DNA from: Takakia lepidozioides
Taxonomy: Eukaryota; Plantae; Bryophyta
Assembly (NCBI GenBank): GCA_030704615.1
Contig: CM060733.1
Location: forward strand, 29,946,001 to 30,010,000
Reading direction: 5' to 3'
Length of the DNA stretch: 64,000 nt
The position numbers and the translations under genes are program-made. Position 1 is the first letter of the stretch. Every line of letters begins with the position of its first letter. Shown one piece after another: positions 38,361 through 49,644 of the stretch. The notes under the pieces are model-generated. The model was not told the DNA's origin, ran no database searches, and worked only from the letters and a program-made list of their open reading frames with translations.

Positions 38361-41300
38361 ATGGGGTCGGGCAAGCCAAAGCGAAAGCGGAACGGCCCAA
38401 AAGATGATGATCCTAGTGAGCCCGATGGGGGCGACGTGTCACCGAGGCGGCCGTTTGAGGAAGCGATGCATGTCTCCGAAAATGAGGCCGCTCAAGAGCG
38501 GGAGGAATCTGAGGAGTCGGAGCCCAAGGAATCCCTGAGAGCTCCGACCGACCAACATATGTCTCCCATGCCGGCAGCCTTTTGGGAAGGGTTGTTGGCG
38601 CAATTTGGCGGGACGTTGAAAGACGTGTTGAAGGCGGCTAATGCCACTTCCACTAAGGCAAAATTTAAGGTGAAGCCTAAGGAACCCGACACCTTCCAGG
38701 GCGTCCGAAATCGGAAGGCACTCAACACTTGGCTCCTGGAGCTAGAGCAGTACTTCCGGGCGGCCAAGTTGAGTGACGAAGACCGGCTGGAAGTGGCTCC
38801 CACCTATTTGAGGGGCTATGCTCAACAATGGTGGCAGAAACGCCTTCACGACCGAGGTCCAAGCCCGAAAACCTTGAATTGGAGTGGGTTCAAGGAATTG
38901 ATGAAAAGGCAGTTTGTGCCCCTCAATGCGTCCTGGCTTGCCCGGGACAAGATGAGGAATTTGAAGCAAACAGATGACATTCGGGGATATGTCCAGGCTT
39001 TCAATGTGCTGTTGCTCGAAGTCGCGGACATGGCAGAACCAGAAATGGTCTTCAACTTTGTGGCAGGACTGGCCCCATGGGCTAGGCGGAAGTTGGAGGA
39101 GAAGCCACCTAAGACTTTGAACGAGGCAATTGAGAGGGCTGAATGTTTCTCGGATGTCCCTAGGGGTGAAAGACAAGGCCGTACGGAGCTGAACCACAAG
39201 AAGACCCGGCGGGAAGGTGACGCCTTCCGACCGGAAAAGAAGTGGGATAGGCCACGCGACGACAATGGCACGTGGAAATCGAAGGGAGGGCCTTCACAAG
39301 TCAAGGCGGCACCCGGTGCTTCAAAAGGAAAAGCGGGTGGAGCGGCCTATGGCGGACAGAAGACGACCTTTGATGGAGTGTGTTTCAATTGCGGGGAGCC
39401 CGGGCACATGGCCAAGAAGTGCACGAAGCCCCGACAATTGAACATGACTCGGGCGACCACAGAGCTGTCGGAAGATACCATCAGTCGCTTGGTGGAAGCG
39501 GTGGTCGCCAGGACTTGCAAGGTAGGCAAATTTTCTTGTGAACTGTATCAGAAAACTGGCGCCTTACGTAAAGGGAGTCAGTTATTGTTCGTGGATGGGA
39601 TAATATCCGGAACTAACGTGTCATTGTTGGTGGATACAGGAGCGTCGCACTCCTTCATGACACCGACAACGGTACAAAAGCTGGGACTCCCGACAAGTGA
39701 CGTGGGGGCCTCTATTGAGGTGCGTTCTGCCAAAGGAGAACCGCAATTGGCGACGAGGCTGGCGTTCGATGTCCCTCTTCAACTGGGGAAATGGGAAGGA
39801 CGTGAGAACTTCACCATTTGCGAGATCGATGGAGTGGATCTCATTTTGGGGATGACTTTTTTGAGCAATCCGGAGCGGTCATAGATGGCCGCAAAAGAGT
39901 AGTCACGCTACCATGTGGGGATGGTGGCGAAGTCTTACGAGTATTGGAAACGCCCAAACCCGTGGGAGGGCGAATAAACCTTCTGTCAGCAAGGGAGTGG
40001 GCCGTGGATGAGGCACATGAGCCCCAGTTTTTGCTTTACATTAGAGAAGTGAAGGGAGAAGGCGATGGGGAGCCGAGCCCAGATTGGATCAAGGGGATTT
40101 TGGAGAGATACCAGGATGTGATGCCGGAGGATTTACCAAGCGGCTTGCCACCGCGAAGAGGAGTTGACCACAAGATTGAGGTGATACCAGGATTGGAACC
40201 GCCTGCCAAGGCGCCCTACCGGTTGAGCCACAGAGAGTTGGTCGAGCTGAAGACTCGGCTCAAAGATCTAATGTCAAAGGGGTACATCCGGCCGAGTAAG
40301 TCACCTTACGGAGCCCTGGTGCTATTCGCAGACAAGAAGGATGGGACGCTGCGGATGTGTGTCGATTACAGGGCTTTGAATAAGGTGACTATCAAAAACC
40401 GGTGTCCTTTGCCAAGGATCGACGACCTTTTCGATCGGTTGGCAGGAGCGAAGTATTTCAGCCGGATCGATCTGCGCTCCGGCTATCATCAAATTCGAGT
40501 GGCGGAAGGAGATGAGGAGAAGACCGCGTGCAGGACAAGGTATGGTTCATATGAGTGCTTGGAGATGCCTTTTGGGCTCACCAATGCACCCGCGACCTTT
40601 AGCACGCTGATGAACAGCCTTTTCCAGGAGTGGTTGGATGACTTTGTGATCGTGTACATCGACGACATCTTGGTGTATTCGAAAACAAAGGAGGAGCACC
40701 TGGAGCACCTCAAAAGGGTGTTCCAGAAATTGCGGGAAGGGAAGCTGTATGCCAAAGCTTCAAAGTGCGAATTCGGGGTCACAAAAGTGGAGTTCCTGGG
40801 GCATGTGATTACACGGGATGGGATCAAAATGGATGACAGAAAGGTGAGGGCGATCTTGGACTGGGAGCCTTCGACTTTGGTCCCGGGAATGCGATCCTTC
40901 CTAGGACTCGCCTCCTATTACCGGAAGTATGTGAGAAATTTCGCCAAGATCGCGGGGCCGTTGTCAGACCTTCTGTGTAAATCCAAAGTCTGGGTATGGA
41001 ACACCTTGTGTGGCCAAGCTTTTGCTGAATTGAAGCAGCGGTTCCAACCTAGTGAAGGTGTTTACGGACAATGTTACGGTGAAGTATTTTGCCACGCAGC
41101 CCAAGTTGTCCCCAAAACAACTTAGGTGGCAAGATACTTTGGTGGTGTTTGACGTGGATATCCAATACAAACCGGGACGTGACAATGTGGTGGCCGATGC
41201 TTTAAGTAGAAAGCAGCAGCTCCTGTTGGTGTACAGGGGCGAGACGGCACTCCAAAGGAAGATCCGGAAGGCTTGCTAGAAGGATGAGCTGGCGAAGTCC

Positions 41301-42645
41301 GTGATGCAGGACTTGAGGAGGGGGGTTAAATCGCAATTCCACTTGCAAAATGGACTGCTCCGGTATAAGCAAAAGCGTCTCTACGTGCCGAAGGGAGGGA
41401 TCAGAGATAGTCTCTTGAGAGAATGCCATGATAGCCCGCTTGCGGGCCACGGCGGAGCCAAGCGCACTGCGGCACTCTTGAAGAAAGAGTATTTCTGGCC
41501 CAAACTGAGGGAGGAGGCAGAGGAGTATGTCAAGACATGCACCACATGCCAACAAAACCGGAGCGAGTACAAAAGCAAGCGGGGCTGTTACAACCCTTGC
41601 CGATTCCAGAGGGGACTTGGGAAAGCGTCTCGATGGATTTCATGACTGCTATGCCCTGGTAAAAGGATTCGATGCAATCATGGTGGTGGTGGATAGGTTC
41701 AGTAAAATGGGCCATTTCATCCCCACCAAGGAGACGGCAACGGCGCAAGAGACAGGGCAATTTTACTTCGCCCACGTCTTAAAACATCATGGAGTCCCGA
41801 AGGATATTGTCTCGGACCGCGATCCAAAGTTTACGAGTAAATTTTGGAGGACACTTTGGAAGAAGATGGGGACGAGGCTGAAGATGAGCACCGCCTTCCG
41901 ACCTACGACCGACGGCCAAACGGAAAGAGTGAATTCCGTAGTGAAGCAGATCTTGTGGAATTACGTGTCGGCAGACCAATCAGACTGGGTGGAATACTTA
42001 GACGCGGTAGAGTTCTGTTATAATAACACAGAACACTCCGCAACGGGAGTTTCCCCTTGCGTATTGGTCTATGGAAAAGCACCTCTGGTGCCGACAAGTT
42101 GGGCCGCCAAGGACGTTGAGGAACCGGCAGTAGCGGCGGTACTGGAAGAACACGAGCGTTTGTTGAAGCTCGCAAAGTACAACATTGCCAAAGCGAGGAA
42201 ACGGTATGAAAGGCAGGCGAATCGGAAGCGGAGGGAAGTGAAGTTTGAGAAAGGCACTTTCGTACCTCCGTATGCGGGACCCTTTCGCATCCGGAAGGTT
42301 ATGAATGAGGATGTGTATGAATTGGAGCTGCCGGCAAACAGCAAGGTGCATCCAGTATTTCACGTCTCCCTTTTGAAGCCTTACTTCAAAGATGAAGCGC
42401 GTCCGAATCGGCATCAAGTGTTGCGTCCGCCACCTGTGCTGTTGGATCATAAAAATGAACCTGAGTACGAGGTGGAGGCAGTATTTAAGTCGAGAAGGTT
42501 CAAGAACCGAGAAACGGAGTATCTCGTCAAATGGAAGGGCTATCATCATGTGGAGGCATCTTGGGTGCGTGCCTCAGAAATGGGAAACGCATCCGAGGCA
42601 GTTGCAGTTTTCGAAGGGCGACCTCAAAAGCGGAAGAAGCGTTGA
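38361..42645 (+). pseudogene. gag-pol with chromodomain, frameshifted and with the RNase H N-terminus deleted
   Basis: CFNCGEPGHMAKKC; LVDTGA; YIDD; a jump from AFAELKQRF straight to KVFTDNV near 41045; integrase HHCC/DDE; GPF; EYEVEAV...YLVKWKGY...SW chromodomain. Confidence 0.95.
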
Positions 42646-43551
42646 TGGGGACATCAACCTTGGAGCGTGGGGGAGGAAATGCATGCTTAGCCCGGCTTAG
42701 CTAGCTCAGGAATCCGATTGCAAAAACTTGTATTGTACAAAAATTTGTTATAAAGGAAATGGGTTCCAAATGTTGTGTGTCCTATTTTGTTTGGAATGGT
42801 GATGCATGGTGTGGTTGGCTAGTGTGTAGAATGCATGCTAGCTTACAAAAGTGGGAGAGGTAAATTGGGTTAATCGTGTGTTTGCGCAGTGCCGAAATCG
42901 GGTGACTCCCATCCAAGGGGCAATGAAACATGCGCCTTCTTTGGGAGTTCACGTGCTAGTGCGCATCTGGCGCGTGCGCGTACTATAACTGCGCTGCCGA
43001 GGTGGTCGCCTTGTAGTGCGGGCTAACGCGGAAGCTATGTGCTTCCGTTCACGTACTATAATCGTGTAGCCTCGGGACGAAGTCGTAGTGCGGCTTTGAC
43101 GTGTTCCCGTACCTCAGGCCAGCATTCCAAGACGGACCCAATTGTAGTGATTGGGGCGCACGGTTGGTTCAAGGTTATCTTCCTAGTCAAAGGGGGTTCG
43201 AGCTGAACCCTTGCGCAAAGTGATGCCAAAAGCGGCATCAGGAGCGATCGCAAGCAATGTTGTTGCAGTAAGGCGATTCGATCCTCGGGGAGGATCGTTC
43301 CTTGACCTTAAAGAAGGCCAAGAAGAGTGCACTGGGAGGAGCTTGAGAGGCTCCACCCTTGGCCGGGACTTGGAGGAAGTCGGCCGAACTAGCTAGTGGA
43401 GAGTAGAGTCAAGTGTGGGGTTTGGTTCTTTGCCATGGGACGCCATGGTACGGAAACAAACTTCTTGATGTGGGACGCCACAACTTGGATGTTCGTTTCT
43501 ACAAAATGGACAAGTCGATGAGGACATCGACTCCCTGTTGGTAGGGGTGTG

Positions 43552-44276
43552 TGTCGCGGCCCTTTGTCTTGAGGGCAGGGGGTCGGGACACATGAGGGGC
43601 TGTCCCTGTGGTGGGGGCAGCGGCAGCGATAGGTATGGGGGGCTGAAGCACCCTTGAGTGCCCAAGGCACTCAAGGAGGCGGAGGCGCTCACTAGGTGGA
43701 GCCCCGCACACCGGGTTGCGGTGGGGGTGGCTCCACAAGGGGTGGTGGTAGCTTAGCGGGACTTAGTGGGGGTGGCATAGGACTCACCATGGGGGCGGAG
43801 ACCTCGTGGTGGGAGTCGTGGGGGGTCTTGGGACTCATCACGGTCCATAAGGGCCGTGGTGAGTGGGCCAAGACTCACCGCGACTCATCACTGGGAGTCG
43901 AGGGTTTTCGTGGTGGTTCGCCATAAAATGGCATGGCTGGTTGTGAAACCCCCGCGGACAGCTACAGAAGTATATATAGGGAGTAGTAACCCCGAGAACG
44001 GTGCAAGCCCGTTGGTGACCAAAAACTAGTGAGTATGCGAGCAAGCCGGAAATCGACCAAAGAGTGGGGAGCTGTTCCGGATTGCCAACTACCAAAGGGA
44101 ATTCCCGCTGGTTCCAAATCGGTGGAGGGTTCTTTGGGAGTTCAAAGGGGGACGTTATGCCCCGGTGAGCAGCCGAAGCTCCAAGTTGGTCCGGCGGCCA
44201 GGTTGGGAGTTAGGCGCGCGCATCAAGCTAGCAACTATGACATGAAGGGGAGCTTACCGAAGTGAGGTGCGCGACA
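43552..44276 (+). repeat. Gypsy 3' LTR
   Basis: Direct repeat of 37580-38305. Confidence 0.97.
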
Positions 44277-44281
44277 CGATT

Positions 44282-47200
44282 GGTCTTGAGATGCGATGTG
44301 TTGAATTGAGATCTCACCTTCCAGAACTCATTCACGAACAAAGTGATGATGAATCTCTAAATGTCCTTCGAGTCGCCATTCTTCCTCGCATGGAGGAACC
44401 CTGGAGCATACTCCATGTACACTGACGTTATCGTGAGTTCTGGCATGAAACACGAGATTTTTTGCAAGTTTAATAGCACTTACATTGTCACAATTGAGGT
44501 GCACGTCCTGATGAGTGGGAATTATAGCATTTCTGAGATTTGATGCTATACCTGAGTTTGTACACTCTATGTGGGCATGAGGCATGACATGCTGTTGCAA
44601 TTCTTGGATGAGACGCTTCAGATAGACTCCCTCTTGTGCTCCATCAGAGAGCGCTTTGTATTCTGCCTCTGTTGTAGACCTGGAGACCGTAGGCTGTCTC
44701 TTGCTGCTCCATGTAATCGGCCCGGATGCCAATTTGAAGATGTAACCTCCAGTTGAACGTCTGGTGTCTGGACACGAGTTTCCCCAGTTTGAATCTGTAA
44801 ACCCTTGCAGCTTCAATTTAGAGCACTGTTGGTAGTAAATACCCAGATCAGCAGTGCCTCTGATGTAACGTAGTATGTGCCTGGCTGCGTCTAAGTGTGC
44901 CTGTTGTGGATAGGACATAAATATACTAGTCAAACCCACTGCAAACGAAAGATCTGGTGAGTGTTGGTTAGGTGTATAAGTTTACCTACCAATTGACCGT
45001 AGTAGGTCGAATCCACATCTGCCGTTCTTGTTTCTGCAGAAAGAGTTAATCCCTCTGGGAGTGGAGTTTTTGCTGGACGGCTATTCTCCATCTGATATTC
45101 TTGAATGAGTTGATTTGAGTAGGAGATTTGATGCAAGAGTATGCCCTGATTTGTAACATGGAAGTCAAAACCAAGGTACCGCTTAACTGGCCCCAAATCC
45201 TTCATCTCATATTTTGTTCTGAGACTTAGTTTCAACTGATCAATGAGTCCACCACTTGTGCCGGTGATTAGTAGATCGTCTACAAACAGCAATATTACTC
45301 CTAATTGTCCACCTTTCTGACACAAGTACAAGCTCGGATCCAAGGAACTCCAGATGCACCCAATTGAGTGAAGAAATGAATCAACCTCATCATACCAGGC
45401 CTTGGGACTTTGTTTTAACCCGTAGATTGACTTCCACAGCATACATACTAGATTTTCTTTGCCCGGAATTTCAAAGCCTGGTGGTTGAATCATATATATT
45501 GTCTCATTTATAGTACCATTCAAGAATGCGGTGACTACGTCCATATGAGAGAGAGGCCATCCGAATGCAGCAGTGAGTGCAGTGACGAGCCTTATCGTAG
45601 ACCACTTTACCACTGGTGCAAACGTTTCCTTGTAATCCAGACCTGGTCTTTGCACATTTCCTCGTGCTACCACCCTAGCTTTGAACTTGACGTTCCCGGC
45701 ATGGTCTTCTTTGGTCCTCAAAATCCATCTTGCAGAGAGAGCATTTTGTCACGGGGAAGATCGACTAGTTCCCATGTCCCGTTCTTAGAGTGGGCTCCCA
45801 TTTCGGCCTCCATGGCCGCTCTCCAGCGAGGATCTGAAATTGCGTCCTCAAACCGAATCTCATTTGGAGAGTCGGCAACTAGTGCAAATCCCAAGTCTGG
45901 TTCGATTGTTGAGAGGTACATCTGACACCCTAAATATTCAAAAGGATCAGACTTAACTTTGGATGAAGGAGGCCGAACAGGAGGAAGTGGACGAGACCTT
46001 CTGGTGCGAACAGGTGAAGATTGAATTGTTGCTGGAGCAGTGTCACCGGGTTCAGGAACAGTGTTGCTGGCTTTATGAAATTCGTCCTCCCTAGTTATAT
46101 AAGGAGGAGAAGTGTGCTTGCGTTCATCTCCTTCCTGTCGTTGCTCCTCCGGGGCCAAGGGACTTTGAGAAGAAGAATCACTATCGTCGGGAGGAAAAAG
46201 ATCAAGAATACTGCCAAGAGCCTCTGTAGAACTTATAGAAAAATCACCAACTTTGAGTTCGTCAAGGATGACGTCTCGACTTATTAGTATTTTTCTGGTT
46301 TGTGGATCAAAGCACCTATAGGCCTTGCTTTGGTCATCGTATCCTACCAGAACGCATTTGATAGACTTAGAACCTAATTTGTCTCTCATTTCCTTTGGAA
46401 CATGTACGAATGCAGTATTACCAATCACACGGAAATTACTGATATTTGGTTTGGTCCTGGTGAGACATTCAAACGGGGTAGATTGGTTCAATGCTCTTGT
46501 GCTGCATCTATTGTTAATATAGTTGGCAGCTCTGACCATTTCCTCCCACATAAATGCTGGAATGTTTGATCGAATTAACAAACTTCGGACAATTTCAAAC
46601 AAGATTCTGTTTTTGCGTTCGGCTACACCGTTTTGATGTGGGGTTCTTGCAACTGTCAGATGTCTACGAATGCCTTGACTATGACAGAATCGAGAGAATT
46701 GATCAGATATATATTCCCCCACCACTGTCACTACGAAGACATGCTATCTTGTGTAATAACTGATTCTCTACTTGATGTTTGAATAATTTGAATTTATCAA
46801 ATGCTTCACTTTTGTACTTTAAGAAAAACACCCAAGAATACTGCGAGAAGTCATCAGTGAGTGTCATGATGAACCTTGCTCCGCTGAGTGACGCTGTAGG
46901 CAGTGGACCACACAAGTCAGTGTGTATCAACTCAAGATGCCTTGTTGCACGGTTGACATCCGCTTTGGGTATTTTTTGTCGATGTTGTTTAGCCTTAACA
47001 TAGATTTCGCAGACTTCTTTGATGAGTGGAAGAGTAGGGACGCCTTCTACCAGTTGATGCCTTGTTATATAATTGAGACGTTGGTGGCTGGCATGGCCGA
47101 TTCTACGATGCCACAGATTCCTTTGTGTCTTGTCGCTAGGTTCCACCAAATTACAAGATGCCCATACGTTTGCATGCATTAACAAGGATCTACTCCCCAC

Positions 47201-48660
47201 AAGAGTATTCTTATGGGGCAACGATCCAGCAGTTTTGGCCACATCCAGCCGGTACAGTCTGTTGTGTGGGTCACGAGTACCCCTGAGAAAGACTTTCGAC
47301 GAGTTGTGTTTATCCATCACATAATAGTGACTAGAGTCAAACATTACAAGATGTCCACGGTCAGTGAGCTTTCCGATTGACAGAAGATTTTTTGTCACAC
47401 TCTGGCACGTAGAGAACATCAGAGATGGTTTTATTGCCAGCAATTTTAATACAACCAGATCCTGACGCGGACATTTTTGTGCCACTTGCAGTCAGCACAT
47501 TGGTAACTGGAGACTCAGTTTTGAGCTCAGAAAAGGATTCTCTATCACAACTTATGTGCGCAGTGGCACCTGAATCCAAAATCCACGACTGGCTGCTGGA
47601 CTGACCACTGGACTTGAAATCAAATTCACTCAACATAGCTTCGATGGTGAAAGCCGGTTTGGATTCGCTACTCTCACCGTTGTCCGCCAATATCTCCACC
47701 TTTTGCGAGATAAGACTTCTGACCTAGACTTTTATGTCCGTGATCTTCCGCTGAAGATCCCAAAGCTGAGATACAGACATGGTCTTGATTTCATTGTTGG
47801 CAATCTTGATGAAGAAGTCGGCTTCCCAATGCCCTCGCTTTCCACAGTAGTTGCAGATGTCACCTTTCTTGTCAGGACGCTGGGATCTACCTCGCCCATT
47901 GGCTCTTCCGCGACCACTTCGACCCCTGCCACGGTTGCTGCGTTCCCCTCGTCTGAAGTTGGATGCTGCCACCAGAGACTGCTCCTCAGTTTCTCCCCGA
48001 GGCTTGCGTCGAAGTTCTTCTGCTTGAAGGTACTCCTCCAGATCCGTGAAAGTTTGCTTATGAATCTTTTGCATACATTACACCGTAGATGGATTTGAAG
48101 GCATACCAACTCTCAAGAAGATTTCTCAGAACGATTTGAATCAATTCTTTTTTGGGAACCTCTTCGCCTATGCTCCTGAGATTCATCACAAGACGCTCGA
48201 CCTTCTTGAGATATTCCTCAACTGAGCTTCCCTATGGCATCTTTGCTTCAAGAAGTTCAGTCTTTAGGTCCAACTTCCGCTGGATTGCTGAGGACTCCAA
48301 TTTTTTTTGCAACGTCGACCAAAGTTTGGCAGGATCATCACGGAGCCTCTTGACGATGGGAATAATTGAGTTGTGCACCGTGGCAGTGAAGATGATGATC
48401 GCCCAGTCCTTCTTCTTCTGAGTGCGCACCGCCGCAGTCTGACCAGAAGTTTGCTCTTGGTCTGAATAGTCACCTCCAGTGAAAAATTCCTGAGACTCCT
48501 CAGTAGTCGGAGGAACTATGATCTCCCACAAATCCTTTTCACGTAGGATTTGCTCAACCTTAAATGACCAAACTTGATAGTTTTGGGCACCAATGAGTTT
48601 ATCACTCTCACCAAATGTGACCTTCGTCACATCAAGAGACGACATGTTGGAGAATGACAT
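44282..48660 (-). pseudogene. Copia polyprotein, frameshifted; the RNase H end continues at 37579 down to about 37500
   Basis: CNYCGKRGHWEAD; WILDSGAT; LWHRRIGH; IHTDLCGP; QNGVAERKN; MDVVTAFLNG; FVDD; FTDSNWG; and ADILTK on the far side of the nested insertion. Confidence 0.95.
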
Positions 48661-48740
48661 CGTGGCTCCTCAGAGTTAGGGGAACTCAAACTCAAGTCTC
48701 TCAATCACTCAGGACCTAAGAGCTGTGTGCTCTGATACCA

Positions 48741-49010
48741 TGTTGAAATTTGTGTGTATTGACGATGAACTCCGAACGGGGATGAGAATAAATAGATGTC
48801 CACTGGTGATGGATGAGTCGCCTAGATAAGTGAGAACCTGATCGCAGACTAATGGACCAGAAGCGCCCACATGAGATCTAAGTATAAGACAAGTCTGCAT
48901 GCCACTGTGTGAGCATGCCGAGAGCTATGGGACTGACATTCCCTTAATCTCCGTTGTAGTCAGCTAACTAGATGGAAGGCAACATGGCCCTAATGTACTA
49001 ACTTCCAACA
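48741..49010 (-). repeat. Copia 5' LTR
   Basis: Adjacent to the Met PBS; repeat of 37059-37328. Confidence 0.97.
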
Positions 49011-49133
49011 CTTTCAAGAACCCCCCTCCTGATGATCATGTACCCACATGTACATAAATTACAAGCAGCTAGCTAGTGTGAGTGCAGTTGCACCCAATCT
49101 GTCTGAATTCTGCTTAGGATCAGAGCTCTCGAC

Positions 49134-49644
49134 ATGGGGAAAGTTGGGGTGCTTGCGGCTGTATATAACTGTCTGTTTCTGGCATTGTTCACTCTTCGCA
49201 TTGTTCACTCTTCCACCCTTTGTAAGATGTTACGGTCACTGGTTGCATGTGGGAGAGACTCTCTACGAGGGGAACTACATAACTGTTGTCGGTGGAGGTT
49301 GGTACAAAGCGGGGATGGACACAAACTGCAATTTTGTTCTAATTTACGCTCCACATGGAGAGGACGAGCAGCTGATCTGGGACGCTGGAATTTCGCACAG
49401 GAGTTCCCACTGCCGTCTGACTCTCCAAGACGATGCAAATTTGGTGGTCTATGGCTCAGACAACTTACCCCTGTGGGCCAGTAATACCAGTAATTATTTT
49501 CCTGGGGGCTGTAGTGCGTTTCTTTCTTACTATGAGCTGCAGTTTTGGAAAAACGAAGGTAATATCCTCGCTCTGGTTTGCAAAACACCAGAGCACGATG
49601 GCTATAAGTATACCTTTATGTGGAGTACTAGTCCACTAGATTAA
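49134..49644 (+). pseudogene. Bulb-type (GNA-like) mannose-binding lectin, frameshifted
   Basis: QDDANLVVY matches QxDxNxVxY, with MDTNCNFVL and LWASNT nearby. The ATG at 49134 starts a signal peptide, which is put out of frame by a 16-bp tandem duplication at 49182-49213. Confidence 0.85.

Larger units (their letters stand above)
37580..44276 (+). mobile_element. Chromovirus (Galadriel-like) Ty3/Gypsy nested in the Copia RNase H
   Basis: LTRs at 37580-38305 and 43552-44276, TSD CGATT/CGATT, PBS TGGTATCAGAGC at 38308-38319, PPT GTAGGGGTGTG, and a chromodomain integrase. Confidence 0.97.
37059..49010 (-). mobile_element. Full-length Ty1/Copia retrotransposon, interrupted by a nested Gypsy
   Basis: 270-bp LTRs at 37059-37328 and 48741-49010 (TG...CA), TSD CTTTC/CTTTC, Met PBS at 48729-48740, G-run PPT at 37329-37336, and domain order Gag-PR-IN-RT-RH. 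Confidence 0.97.

Noticed and set aside
44390-44430. VYMEYAPG in an alternative frame of the Copia insertion as a kinase fragment
   Set aside because: Too short to distinguish from chance.
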